From: an uncultured Pseudomonadota bacterium
Lineage (GTDB): Bacteria; Oederibacteriota; Muellerivitia; Muellerivitales; Muellerivitaceae
NCBI GenBank assembly: GCA_963770835.1
Contig: CAVYRH010000003.1
Coordinates: 1 to 64,000, forward strand
Reading direction: 5' to 3'
DNA length: 64,000 nucleotides
The notes under the pieces were generated by a model, which ran no database searches, was not told where the DNA came from, and worked only from the letters and a program-made list of their open reading frames with translations. The position numbers were made by a program, and so were the translations under genes. This document shows positions 41,514-50,630 of the stretch, piece after piece. The first letter of the stretch is position 1; each line of letters begins with the position of its first letter.

Positions 41514-42986
41514 CCGAAGACAAGGCGCGAACCCTTCAAAGGGCGCTATACCGAGCGGCCAAGAGGAGCCCAAGCCGAAGATTTCATGTACTGCATGACA
41601 GGATGACCCGATGGGATGTCCTGACAGCGGCATGGAAACAGGTGAAGGCTAATAAAGGCCAAGGAGGAGTGGACGGGGAAACGCTGGAATGGATTGAAGA
41701 GAAAGTGGGGACTATTCCATTCCTGAAGGGCATTCAGGAAGAACTCAAGGCTGGGAAGTATCTGCCTAAACCTGTGAGACGAGTGGAAATACCCAAACCC
41801 GATGGTAGCAAGAGGCCGTTGGGAATCCCGGTGATTCGGGATCGGGTAGTTCAAGCGGCTTGCCGGAAGTTGGTGGAACCCATCTTTGAGGCGGACTTTC
41901 TGGAAGGCTCGTTTGGATTTCGGCCAAAACGCGGAGCCCAACAGGCCCACCGGGAGATCAAGAAGTGGATCAACGGGGGGTACACATGGGTGGTCGATGG
42001 AGATATTAGGAAGTACTTCGATTCCATCGACCACGACAAACTGATGGTGCTTGTGCGCCAGAGGGTCAGTGATCGAAAGGTTCTGAAACTGATCCAAGGG
42101 TGGCTGAAGGCGGGTGTGTTTGAGGAAGGAAGGCTTACGCCGACTCTCCGAGGGACACCGCAAGGCGGGGTGATCTCACCGCTGTTATCCAATGTTTACC
42201 TTCACTTGCTGGACAAGGTTTGGAATAAGAGGCACAGGAAACTGGGTAGGCTGGTGCGCTACGCCGACGATTTTGTGGTGTTGTGCGGAAGCCAAGCCCA
42301 TGCGGAAAAGAGCCTGGAAGTCATCAAGGAATTGATGGGACGACTAGGGCTTGAACTGCACCCCGAAAAGACACGGCTGGTGGAAATGGGGCCTGGGAAG
42401 GAAGGGTTTGACTTCCTTGGGTTCCACTTTCGAGTAGGTATGCCGGTGGTAGGATTGGGTAAGACCTGTTGCCTGAGCTGGCCGAGCCGGAAGGCCATGA
42501 AGAAAATCGCCGAGAAAGTGAAGCAGATGACGGCGGGCCGAGAGCGGCTCTTATCTCCAATGGAGGATGTAGCGAAGGCTTTGAACCCGGTGTTAAGGGG
42601 GTGGGTCAACTATTTCCGAATTGGGGACAGCCAGCCATACTTTTCCAAGCTTCAATTTTACGTACTCGAAAGGCTGACTTTGTTCCGGAGGCGTAAGTAC
42701 GCCTGGGAAGGACGAACATGGTCGATCGAGGAAGTGAAACGCCTTGGTTTGAACTGGATTCCAGCTTTTGCCTTGAATGCTGCCGGTTGAAAGGTTGTCG
42801 GAAAGCCGTATGATCGAAAAGGTCACGTACGGTTTGATGAGGGGGCGCTGGAAACGTGGTGATGAGAGCCGGACTGAGGCCCAATCCGAAAGGGTTGGAT
42901 TCGCCACCGTACTCTAAGGCATACGCGCCAGCGCTCTACTCTGCGGTAGAAAAAGCTTACGAAGCCTCGAAGCATATGGGGGGGGG

Positions 42987-43450
42987 TGAATTCTTATCAT
43001 GAGGCGTTTGAATACAATGGAGATATTCCAGACATACTCATCGATAACACTTCTCTTGAGGACTGGAAACGGATGATGGAATACGCCCTTCGTTTTGGCG
43101 CACGACTTCATTTTCAAGCGGAAGGTGAAGACGAAGAAAAATCTATTTCAACCGATTTCAAATTTTTGTTCGGTCCGAAAAAACCCTATGTAGATATATT
43201 CATCGACTTCGATGAGATGGGGATAATCGGGCGTGCATTCTCTCCTGAATCAATTCTCATGGATGTGGACCTACGCGAAATTAATTCTTCTCAAAAAGAG
43301 GAAGCGTTCATCAAGTTTTTTCAGGGTTTAACCAATGCCCTCGGCAAAGAATGCGGCGTCAGCGAAAATGCCAATTATCCACCTTTTCTTAAATTCCTCC
43401 CCGGGGGAGACAATCCGATTTACGAACCTTCTTGTAAGATAAAACCGTAA
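42987..43450 (+). CDS. Hypothetical protein (154 aa, acidic); start approximate
   Basis: ORF fills the interval between the intron end and the next 28-bp site, which lies 3 bp after the stop. Confidence 0.65.
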
Positions 43451-43453
43451 ATT

Positions 43454-43481
43454 TGTCCACGACGGGGACCCGTCGTGGACA
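43454..43481 (+). repeat. 28-bp 11-6-11 site, consensus copy, unoccupied
   Basis: TGTCCACGACG-GGGACC-CGTCGTGGACA. Confidence 0.92.
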
Positions 43482-43612
43482 ACAAAGAATTGTAAAAAAG
43501 GTCATTTCAAAGGGTGCCCGCAACTCTCATGCCTCTTAAATTTGTATTTTGAGGTAATCTTTATTGGTCTCACGTCCTTAGGAACGTTAGTATTTCGAGA
43601 ATTATTGATTGG

Positions 43613-45292
43613 GTGACACCAGTGAAATGTCTGTCGCAAAAGAAAACCGTCGGCTTTTCGCGAAAATCGGTTTTAAAAACTTTAGCGTTTTCTTTTATAA
43701 CCTTTTGCCTATTGTTCGTCCATTCTTCAACCTGGGCCATCCCGACTTCTGGTACCAATTTCTGGCTGTGCTTTCCATATGCTGAACCTTCAGCCGAGCA
43801 ATACATTGTTTTGCTTCTCGCCAGCAATATCGCCACTACCGCTACTGTTTTGGATCCTACTGCGGGAACCGCAACTTATACCATCACACCCGGCTCTACG
43901 ACCGCGGTAACGCTTCTACTTGCCGACCAAATGAACCCGGCCAACGATGATACGGTCACGCACTTAGGGATCCAGGTTACATCCCTGGATGCTATTTCGG
44001 TCTATGGAATCAATTACATTCAATTTAACACGGACGGTTACCTAGCATTGCCGGTCAACGCCCTGGGAAACAGTTATATCGTGGTCAATTACGAATGTGA
44101 GGGAAGCGGCTTTGAAGTTCAAAGTGAATTTTCGATCGTTGGGACCCAAAACGCAACCAGCGTGACCATCACACCTTCCGCCGCCGCGGATTCCCAGACT
44201 GCGGGAATCCCTTACGTCATTGCCTTGAACCAGGGTGATACTTATGAATTGGGCACGACCATCATCGGTGATGACTTAACTGGAACCCTGATCCAGTCAA
44301 ACCAGCCCATCGCGGTCTTTGGGGATAATGCCGTAGCCCAGGTTCCCACTGCCTATCCTTCAGGAAACCAGTTACTTGAGGAGCTTTGGCCCGTCAACGA
44401 TTGGGGCACAAATTTCGTGACCCTCCCTTTGGCTACCCGGACAGGAGGAGACACCTTCCGATTCTTGGCTTCGGTCAACGGAACCACAGTGAACGTCAAT
44501 GGAACAGTTTTACCAGTGCTCAACCAGGGCCAATTCGCCGAGCAGATCATCGCGGCCCCGGGATGGATCACGGCCAACAATCCCATTTACGTCACCCAAT
44601 ATTCCAATAGCCACAGTTACGATTGCGGCCTTGGCCTTGTTTGTATGGATGCGGATCCTTTCATGATCACGGTCCCGCCGACGAGCCAATACGGGAACAA
44701 TTACTTGACCAGCGTTTTGCCCCCGAGTTTTGGATTCTCGCCCAATTATGAAAATTTACTCGTTCCCACCTCGGCGGTTGGCGCGGTCTCGCTGGATGGA
44801 GCAGCAATTCCAGCGGCCAGTTTCGTTCCTATCGGGGCTAGCGGTTATTCAGGTGCGGCTGTATCGGTTTCGGCGGCGGAACATGTGCTCGTAGGCGTGG
44901 CGCCTTTCGGCGCCTTGGTTTATGGATTCAATACCTCGGATGGGTATGGTTATCCCGCTGGGTCTTTGGTGAGTAGCGCCACCGCCACCGCGACCGTACT
45001 TCCTACTTCGATCCCCACGTCCCCCTGTGCCATCCATGTTTGGCCCGATCCCTTTAACCCCCAATATGCTATTGGCGGAACCTTAAAAGTCGGCTGTCTC
45101 CCGCCCGGGGCCACGGTGTCTTTTTATACTGTTTCGGGAGAACTGGTGAGCCAAGTGAACGAAGCCGGTGGAATGGCTCAATGGGCTGGAACCAACCGCC
45201 AGAACCTATTGGTTTCGTCGGGAATTTATTTCTACGTCATCCAAAACGGAAGTAATGTTCTGGGGCGGGGCAAGTTTCTGATTAACCGTTGA
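43613..45292 (+). CDS. Secreted IgGFc-binding-protein N-terminal-domain protein with FlgD/CTD-like tail
   Basis: GTNFWLCF, DGYLALPVNALGNSY, DLTGTLIQSNQPIAVF, ADPFM, YGYPAG; tail WPDPFNP...SSGIYFY. Confidence 0.75.
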   Translation: MTPVKCLSQKKTVGFSRKSVLKTLAFSFITFCLLFVHSSTWAIPTSGTNFWLCFPYAEPSAEQYIVLLLASNIATTATVLDPTAGTATYTITPGSTTAVTLLLADQMNPANDDTVTHLGIQVTSLDAISVYGINYIQFNTDGYLALPVNALGNSYIVVNYECEGSGFEVQSEFSIVGTQNATSVTITPSAAADSQTAGIPYVIALNQGDTYELGTTIIGDDLTGTLIQSNQPIAVFGDNAVAQVPTAYPSGNQLLEELWPVNDWGTNFVTLPLATRTGGDTFRFLASVNGTTVNVNGTVLPVLNQGQFAEQIIAAPGWITANNPIYVTQYSNSHSYDCGLGLVCMDADPFMITVPPTSQYGNNYLTSVLPPSFGFSPNYENLLVPTSAVGAVSLDGAAIPAASFVPIGASGYSGAAVSVSAAEHVLVGVAPFGALVYGFNTSDGYGYPAGSLVSSATATATVLPTSIPTSPCAIHVWPDPFNPQYAIGGTLKVGCLPPGATVSFYTVSGELVSQVNEAGGMAQWAGTNRQNLLVSSGIYFYVIQNGSNVLGRGKFLINR

Positions 45293-45299
45293 TTTTGGC

Positions 45300-45327
45300 T
45301 GTCCGCGACGGGGACCCATCGTGGACA
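45300..45327 (+). repeat. 28-bp 11-6-11 site (IS target)
   Basis: TGTCCGCGACG-GGGACC-CATCGTGGACA. Confidence 0.9.
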
Positions 45328-45395
45328 GGTAACATGATGGCCATTCCACCGCCGGGATTAAACTATTCCCGGTGAGTAGCCACTCATAAGGAGGA

Positions 45396-46472
45396 ATGAC
45401 CATGAAACAGATTAGCAAAAAAGGATTCCAAGGCAAGGAGGTATCCAAGCGGGACGCCGTGTTTGTGGGGCTCGATGTCCACAAACGAAGTATTTACGTA
45501 GCAATCAGGATCAATGGAAAGGAAACCGGAACCAAGTCTGTGCCCGCGGATTGGGAAGCTGTGGTGAAGGTTCTGGAGCCTTACCGAAAAGGGTTAAAAA
45601 AGGTCGTCTACGAGGCAGGACCTACTGGCTTTGGCTTGGCACGTCGCCTTCGGGAAGTGGGATACCCATTGGACGTCATCGCCCCGAACAAAACACCTCG
45701 TGTAGCTCAGTTGGAAACAAAATCCGACCGGTTGGACTGCCGCAAGCTGGCGGAGTACGCCGAAAAGGATCTCTTGCGGGCTGTGGCGATCCCAACCCTC
45801 CAGGAAGAAGCGGATCGGCAAGTGGTGCGTTTGAGAAACGCGATGGTGGAACAAAAACGCAAGGCCAAACAAAGGATCAAAAGCTTTTTCCTCCAATATG
45901 GATTCAAGGAACCTAGAGGGCTGGATTACTGGACCCACGAGGCCATCGGAGTTTTGCGGGATATGGAACTGCCGCCGGCCCTGAGATTCACGTTGGATAG
46001 CCTATTGGAAGATCTCTTTTACTTTGATAGGCAGCTTAAAGACGTGAACATACGTTTGCGGGTCATGATGAAGGACAAGGCCTACGAGAAAAAGGCTAAG
46101 ATCCTCAGGTCCCACCCGGGAGTGGGTGAAGTAACGACCCTGCAAATGTTAACGGAGATTTACCAGCCGGAGCGCTTTCAAAACGCCAAACAGGTGGCGG
46201 CTTACGTGGGGTTGGCCCCAAGGATCAGGCAAAGCGGAGAAACTCGAAAGGAAGGCCATTTGCAGAAGGCCGGAAAAGGAACCTTGAGGGCTACCTTAGT
46301 TGAAGCTGCCTGGTCATGGATTCAAAAGGATACCCAGGCCAACCGCGTTTTCCGCCGGTTCGTCCGTAATACGGGGCATGTCAACAAAGCGATTGTGGCA
46401 ATGGCTCACAAGCTTTTGATTCACCTTTGGACTATGTTGGTTCGAAAGGAAGTTTATCGGCCCATGCTCTAA
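45396..46472 (+). CDS. IS110-family DEDD transposase/recombinase
   Basis: VGLDVHK, YEAGPTG, KSDRLDC, PGVG, GLAPRIRQSG, AIVAMAHKL. Confidence 0.95.
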   Translation: MTMKQISKKGFQGKEVSKRDAVFVGLDVHKRSIYVAIRINGKETGTKSVPADWEAVVKVLEPYRKGLKKVVYEAGPTGFGLARRLREVGYPLDVIAPNKTPRVAQLETKSDRLDCRKLAEYAEKDLLRAVAIPTLQEEADRQVVRLRNAMVEQKRKAKQRIKSFFLQYGFKEPRGLDYWTHEAIGVLRDMELPPALRFTLDSLLEDLFYFDRQLKDVNIRLRVMMKDKAYEKKAKILRSHPGVGEVTTLQMLTEIYQPERFQNAKQVAAYVGLAPRIRQSGETRKEGHLQKAGKGTLRATLVEAAWSWIQKDTQANRVFRRFVRNTGHVNKAIVAMAHKLLIHLWTMLVRKEVYRPML

Positions 46473-46660
46473 AGAGGTTTCAGCCTCAGTTTCGTGATTC
46501 GACCCCTTAGGAATGACCACGAGTTTTAGCTGTGCCTTAGGCACGTTGGACAGGTGGTGGCTTCCCTCAGGATTATCGAATTCTTATCTTGTGCCTCGAG
46601 CACGAATAGCAGCGTGAATCCACGAAACCAAAAGGCTGACCGTAGGAGAAAATTGGACTT
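46473..46660 (+). ncRNA. Putative bridge/seek RNA of IS element 2
   Basis: Two repeated GTGC-N5-GCAC hairpins, each flanked by segments matching the target (TGGACAG) or donor junction (ATAGCAG). Confidence 0.7.
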
Positions 46661-46748
46661 GAGGAATGGCCTCATAGCAGGAATGGCCTCATAGCAGGTA
46701 AAATTGGCTCAGCTGGGGGTTGGTCAACATGACCTGGGGGGATAAAAA

Positions 46749-47144
46749 ATGGAAGATTTGAAAGAAATCGCCCAAACGATATGCCGGTACCCCCTCATAT
46801 CGGACAAATCGATTCAAGATTATTTAAAAGAATCCGGATTTATGGACCACCGGAAGAACATTTGTGTTGAAGACTTCAAAGAATATTTAGAAGGCCACAA
46901 GGATTTAATAGATAAATGGATTGGGTGGTCAGACAAACGAACGGATTTTGGGTGGACATTCAGCAGTTGGGGGCAGGATGGATATTATCGGATCACTGGA
47001 TATGGCATCAAAGATCCCAAACCGAATCTGGGCCATGAATTAACATTTAAAAGTTCAATTGATGCGGTTGCGACCTATATCAGTCTCGAAATGAATGCTT
47101 GGGCTCAGTTTAACGAAAATAAGCAACCCGGAAAATGGTGGTAA
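46749..47144 (+). CDS. Hypothetical protein (131 aa)
   Basis: G-rich RBS; ORF ends 22 bp before a 28-bp site. Confidence 0.68.
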   Translation: MEDLKEIAQTICRYPLISDKSIQDYLKESGFMDHRKNICVEDFKEYLEGHKDLIDKWIGWSDKRTDFGWTFSSWGQDGYYRITGYGIKDPKPNLGHELTFKSSIDAVATYISLEMNAWAQFNENKQPGKWW

Positions 47145-47166
47145 CGGATTTTTGATAGTTCATGGT

Positions 47167-47194
47167 TGTCCGCGACGGGGACCCTTCGTGAACA
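47167..47194 (+). repeat. 28-bp 11-6-11 site preceding cas1
   Basis: TGTCCGCGACG-GGGACC-CTTCGTGAACA. Confidence 0.85.
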
Positions 47195-47268
47195 ACGAAA
47201 ATAATGGATAATGGTATTCAGGCACTTTCAGCATAAAGATGGTTTACAAAATTTGGGGGGCAGACCAC

Positions 47269-48279
47269 ATGGACTTGCTTATTGATACTTACGGTACCAA
47301 GATCGGCGTAAATGGCGAGCGCATCGTCCTTTCTTTTCCGAAAGTTAAAGAGAAAAAAGAATACCCCATCCATAGACTGGAGAAAATAGTCATACTGCGG
47401 CCGGCCTCGCTCACGACTCACGCGGTTCAGCTCGCGATTGAGCACGATGTTGATATCGTCTATCTCGGTTCTTTTGGCAAGCCCATCGGAAGACTATTTT
47501 CAAGCGAACCAAAAGGGCTGGCGAGTCTTCGTAAAGCGCAACTGGAAGCGTCAACTTCGCTTGAGCGATCGTTCAAAATCGCGAAAGAATTAGTGCGGGG
47601 CAAATGCGCTAATCAGCTCGATCTACTCCGATATCTCGCGTACCGATATAAAAAGGATGTGGGGACCGAACTCTTACAAGCGCAGACCCTTTTTGATGTC
47701 TTGGACAATGTCCCGTGTTCGGAGAAAGGCAAGGAGCAACTCCTTGGTACGGAAGGATACATCGCGGACAAATATTTCAGCGGGTTAAAAAAATTCTATA
47801 GATTCCCGGGCCGAAAACCACAAGGCAGGGACCAGTTTAACAGCGTACTGAATTATGGTTAGGGCATCCTTTACAATGAAGTCGAACGGGCATGCCTTTA
47901 CGTCGGTCTTGATCCATATCTCGGCCTCTACCACAGTGAACGCTATGGTAAGCCTGCCCTCGTTCTCGATCTTGTCGAAGAATTCCGCGTACCAATCGTC
48001 GACTCGGTGCTTTTCCCGCTTTTCATAGAAAAGAAACTGAGCCAACGGAAATATTTTGAAAAAACCGCGGTTGGGCAATATCTGTTATCGCCTGAGGGAA
48101 AAAGCGTCGTGGTGGGGGCGATCATGAGGCGGTTGAATGAAACGACGGCATGGCGGGGGAAACAATATACTCTTAAGCAGATCATAGATAACCAGATTAG
48201 GGCGTTGGCACGTCACTTTGTCGAAAAGGAGGACAAGTACAACCCGTTTCGTGCGGAAAAACTTTTTTCGATATCATGA
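47269..48279 (+). pseudogene. cas1: CRISPR-associated integrase Cas1 with a premature TAG at 47860-47862
   Basis: LLGTEG, DQFNSVLNYG(Y)GILY, GLDPYLGLYH, LVLDLVEEFR; the second copy has TAC at the same codon. Confidence 0.92.
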
Positions 48280-48611
48280 ACAATTTCAATGCCATCACCC
48301 TAGTATCGTGGGAAACGCGCGACTGGCGGCATCGGGACAAGGCGGTTCTGTGGTGCAAGAATTATGGTCTCAAGCCGGTTTTCCGGAATATGTATATCGG
48401 AAAATTGTATTCAAAAGAACGGGAAAAACTCGAGAATAAATTCAAGGGGGCTTTCGCAAAGAAGACCGAAAAGTTTTTTATCAGTACGCTCTGTCGGTCG
48501 TGCTTTGAAGATTCGGTTTTCGGTGGTACGCTTAGTTCTAAGAAAGATGATGTCGACATTGAAACTGCGTTTGAACTTATCCAAATCACGCCGAATTCGG
48601 CGGAACGGTGA
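48276..48611 (+). CDS. cas2: Divergent Cas2-like protein
   Basis: Overlaps the cas1 stop (ATGA); Cas2-like pattern LVSWET, CKNYGLKPV, YIGKL, LCRSCF; canonical YDI replaced by WET. Confidence 0.72.
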   Translation: MNNFNAITLVSWETRDWRHRDKAVLWCKNYGLKPVFRNMYIGKLYSKEREKLENKFKGAFAKKTEKFFISTLCRSCFEDSVFGGTLSSKKDDVDIETAFELIQITPNSAER

Positions 48612-48633
48612 AAAACACCAATAATTGCAGGCT

Positions 48634-48670
48634 CCTGCACATGCCTGTCGCAAAAAGGATAGTGTGCAAC
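48634..48670 (+). CRISPR. CRISPR-like repeat 1 (37 bp)
   Basis: CCTGCACATGCCTGTCGCAAAAAGGATAGTGTGCAAC, 22 bp after cas2; TGCACA/TGTGCA terminal stem; three identical copies. Confidence 0.72.
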
Positions 48671-48815
48671 TAAGAGACTACCGAGATCGAAGGACGACTC
48701 TTAAAATTTTTGCGGGCAACTTACTTATGTAACAGAATCAGTCCTTGCCAGGGCCTTTCGCAAGAAACGAGTCCCCCAAACCCTGATTTTGAGAAATTTT
48801 CTTAAAAGAACTTAA

Positions 48816-49643
48816 ATGAAAACCAGAGAGAATATACAATTACAACCATTTTTAAAATGGGCTGGCGGTAAACGTTGGCTGGTTTCTAAATACTCAAAAA
48901 TATTTTTAAAACCGTTTAATACTTATTTTGAACCATTCCTGGGTAGTGGGGCGGTGTTTTTCCACTTAAAACCAAAAAAATCAGTTCTTTCAGATGTTAA
49001 TAAAGACTTAATCGATACGTTTCGTGCGATAAGGAATAATTGGAAAGGTGTTGTAAGTGAATTGAAGAAGCATAATTCGAAACATTCCACAAATTACTAT
49101 TACAAAATGAGAGATTGGAAGCCCAATTCCGCCAATAAAAAAGCTGCACTTTTTATTTATTTAAATCGCACTTGTTGGAATGCTTTGTATAGGGTTAATA
49201 AAGAGGGGAAGTTTAATGTCCCTATTGGAACGAAATTAAATGTTTTACTTGAAACGGATGATTTTGAAGCAGTTTCTAATGCCCTAAAAAATGTAACATT
49301 CAAAGACGGAGATTTTGAACATATTTTAGATACGGCAAAAAAAGGGGATTTCATTTACCTTGATCCGCCTTATACGGTTACACATTCAAATAACGGATTT
49401 ATTAAGTACAATAATCATATTTTCAAATGGGAAGATCAATGCCGACTAGCAAGTGTTTCAAAAGATTTGATAAACCGCGGCTGTGCAGTTGTTATAAGCA
49501 ATGCTTATCACAACAGTATCTTTGATTTATATAAAGGGTTTTACTATTTGGGTTTGAAACGCCACAGCCTTTTAGCCGCCGATCCAAGGAAAAGAGGAGA
49601 TTATAAAGAGTGCCTTTTTTCGTCTTTCCCAATCAAAATTTGA
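48816..49643 (+). CDS. Dam-family DNA adenine methyltransferase
   Basis: FLKWAGGK, EPFLGSGAV, FIYLDPPY. Confidence 0.93.
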   Translation: MKTRENIQLQPFLKWAGGKRWLVSKYSKIFLKPFNTYFEPFLGSGAVFFHLKPKKSVLSDVNKDLIDTFRAIRNNWKGVVSELKKHNSKHSTNYYYKMRDWKPNSANKKAALFIYLNRTCWNALYRVNKEGKFNVPIGTKLNVLLETDDFEAVSNALKNVTFKDGDFEHILDTAKKGDFIYLDPPYTVTHSNNGFIKYNNHIFKWEDQCRLASVSKDLINRGCAVVISNAYHNSIFDLYKGFYYLGLKRHSLLAADPRKRGDYKECLFSSFPIKI

Positions 49644-49655
49644 CGGGAGTTTACA

Positions 49656-50630
49656 ATGGCCGATGAAAATGTTTTTGGTGGATTCCTTTTACAAGAAAAA
49701 CCCCCAATTTATTTAGCTGCAATACCAGGAAAATGGTTGTTAAAACACACAACTCCTTCTTGGCGATTAGAAAATCCAGAAGAAGGTTTTCAAAGAGTTG
49801 TCCAAGAAAAAAGGGCTAGAGAAATAGCGACTGCTGTTTTAAATCAAAAACGAATATTTCCAAACGCAATTGTTTTAGCTACGGATATTCAAAATTTCGA
49901 GGCACGAAAAGGCGAGATAAGCATTGGAAATAGGATTAAATTTCTTGTTGTTGATGGGCAACATAGGTTGTGGGCTCAAAAATTTTCAGAATTTGAGGCT
50001 ATATATGCTTGCACCATTCATTGTGGCCTTGATGAAGTAAAAATGGCGGAATTATTTATCGAGATTAACAACAACCAGAAACGGGTTCCGTCTTCTCTTC
50101 GCTGGGATCTTGTTAGATTGGTTAGGCCGGATGAGGATCCATTTGGAATTGAAGCATCTGAACTTGTTTTTGAATTGGCGACAAATGAATCGAGCCCCTT
50201 ATATCAAAGGATTGATTTAACGGGAGAACAAAACGAAATCAGTTTGAAACAAGGTTCTATTGCTCCTGAATTCAAACATATTTTTTCTTTAAGAGATTCC
50301 CCATTCAAAGATTTAAATTTTGAAGTGGTTGTTGACAGCATCATTAAGTATTTGGCTGCAATTAAATCAATGGATGCTGATGGTTGGAAAAAAGGGAAAT
50401 CTGCTTTTTACCAGGCTAGGGTATTAAGGGTTTTAATAAAAATATTACCTGAGATCATTAAAAAAGAAGGAGTCGATGTTTCGAAAATAACAGCAATTTC
50501 CTATAAAAACCACTTGGAAAAAATTAAAGAGAATAAAATCACAAGAGAAGCTTTGACGGCTCAACATGGGAATTCGGGCATTAAAGCTATTTATGATGAG
50601 ATACATTCTCAAATATTTGGTAGAAGTTAA
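49656..50630 (+). CDS. DGQHR-domain protein (DndB/ParB-like)
   Basis: FQR, FPNAIVL, VVDGQHR, FIEINNNQK. Confidence 0.88.
   Translation: MADENVFGGFLLQEKPPIYLAAIPGKWLLKHTTPSWRLENPEEGFQRVVQEKRAREIATAVLNQKRIFPNAIVLATDIQNFEARKGEISIGNRIKFLVVDGQHRLWAQKFSEFEAIYACTIHCGLDEVKMAELFIEINNNQKRVPSSLRWDLVRLVRPDEDPFGIEASELVFELATNESSPLYQRIDLTGEQNEISLKQGSIAPEFKHIFSLRDSPFKDLNFEVVVDSIIKYLAAIKSMDADGWKKGKSAFYQARVLRVLIKILPEIIKKEGVDVSKITAISYKNHLEKIKENKITREALTAQHGNSGIKAIYDEIHSQIFGRS

Larger units (their letters stand above)
39969..42790 (+). pseudogene. ltrA: Group II intron RT/maturase split after codon 7 by the IS; remaining ORF 41603-42790
   Basis: Removing 39991-41513 gives MLQRANNSEDKARTLQRALYRAAKRSPSRRFHVLHDRMTRWDVL in frame; GTPQGGVISPLL, VRYADD. 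Confidence 0.9.
39444..42944 (+). mobile_element. Group II intron family B with RT ORF, interrupted by an IS110-family element
   Basis: Same 5' RNA domains and domain V/VI as the ORF-less copies; RT ORF inside; ends CTCTACTCTGC. Confidence 0.9.
45329..46697 (+). mobile_element. IS110-family (IS1111-like) element 2
   Basis: Subterminal inverted repeats ATGATGGCCATTCC/GGAATGGCCTCAT; CAGGTAA at both junctions; non-coding region 3' of the transposase. Confidence 0.88.

Noticed and set aside
2234..42790. RTs as retron, DGR or RT-Cas1 components
   Set aside because: Both have maturase domains and lie inside group II intron RNA with domain V; no template/variable repeat pair was seen.
43454..43481. 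28-bp sites as simple intrinsic terminators
   Set aside because: No U tract follows, several copies have unpaired arms, and the centre is the most conserved part.
37364..47194. Classical integron with attC sites
   Set aside because: The sites are only 28 bp, lack RYYYAAC/GTTRRRY boxes and extrahelical bases, and no intI gene is in the window.
37686..47194. 28-bp sites as the CRISPR repeats of the adjacent cas1
   Set aside because: They vary between copies, occur 45 kb away, and track gene ends. A separate invariant 37-mer sits at the expected position after cas2. Not formally excluded.
47860..47862. TAG recoding (alternative genetic code)
   Set aside because: TAG ends full-length genes here (umuC, GT2 at 32361, GT9 at 37376), and the duplicate has TAC.
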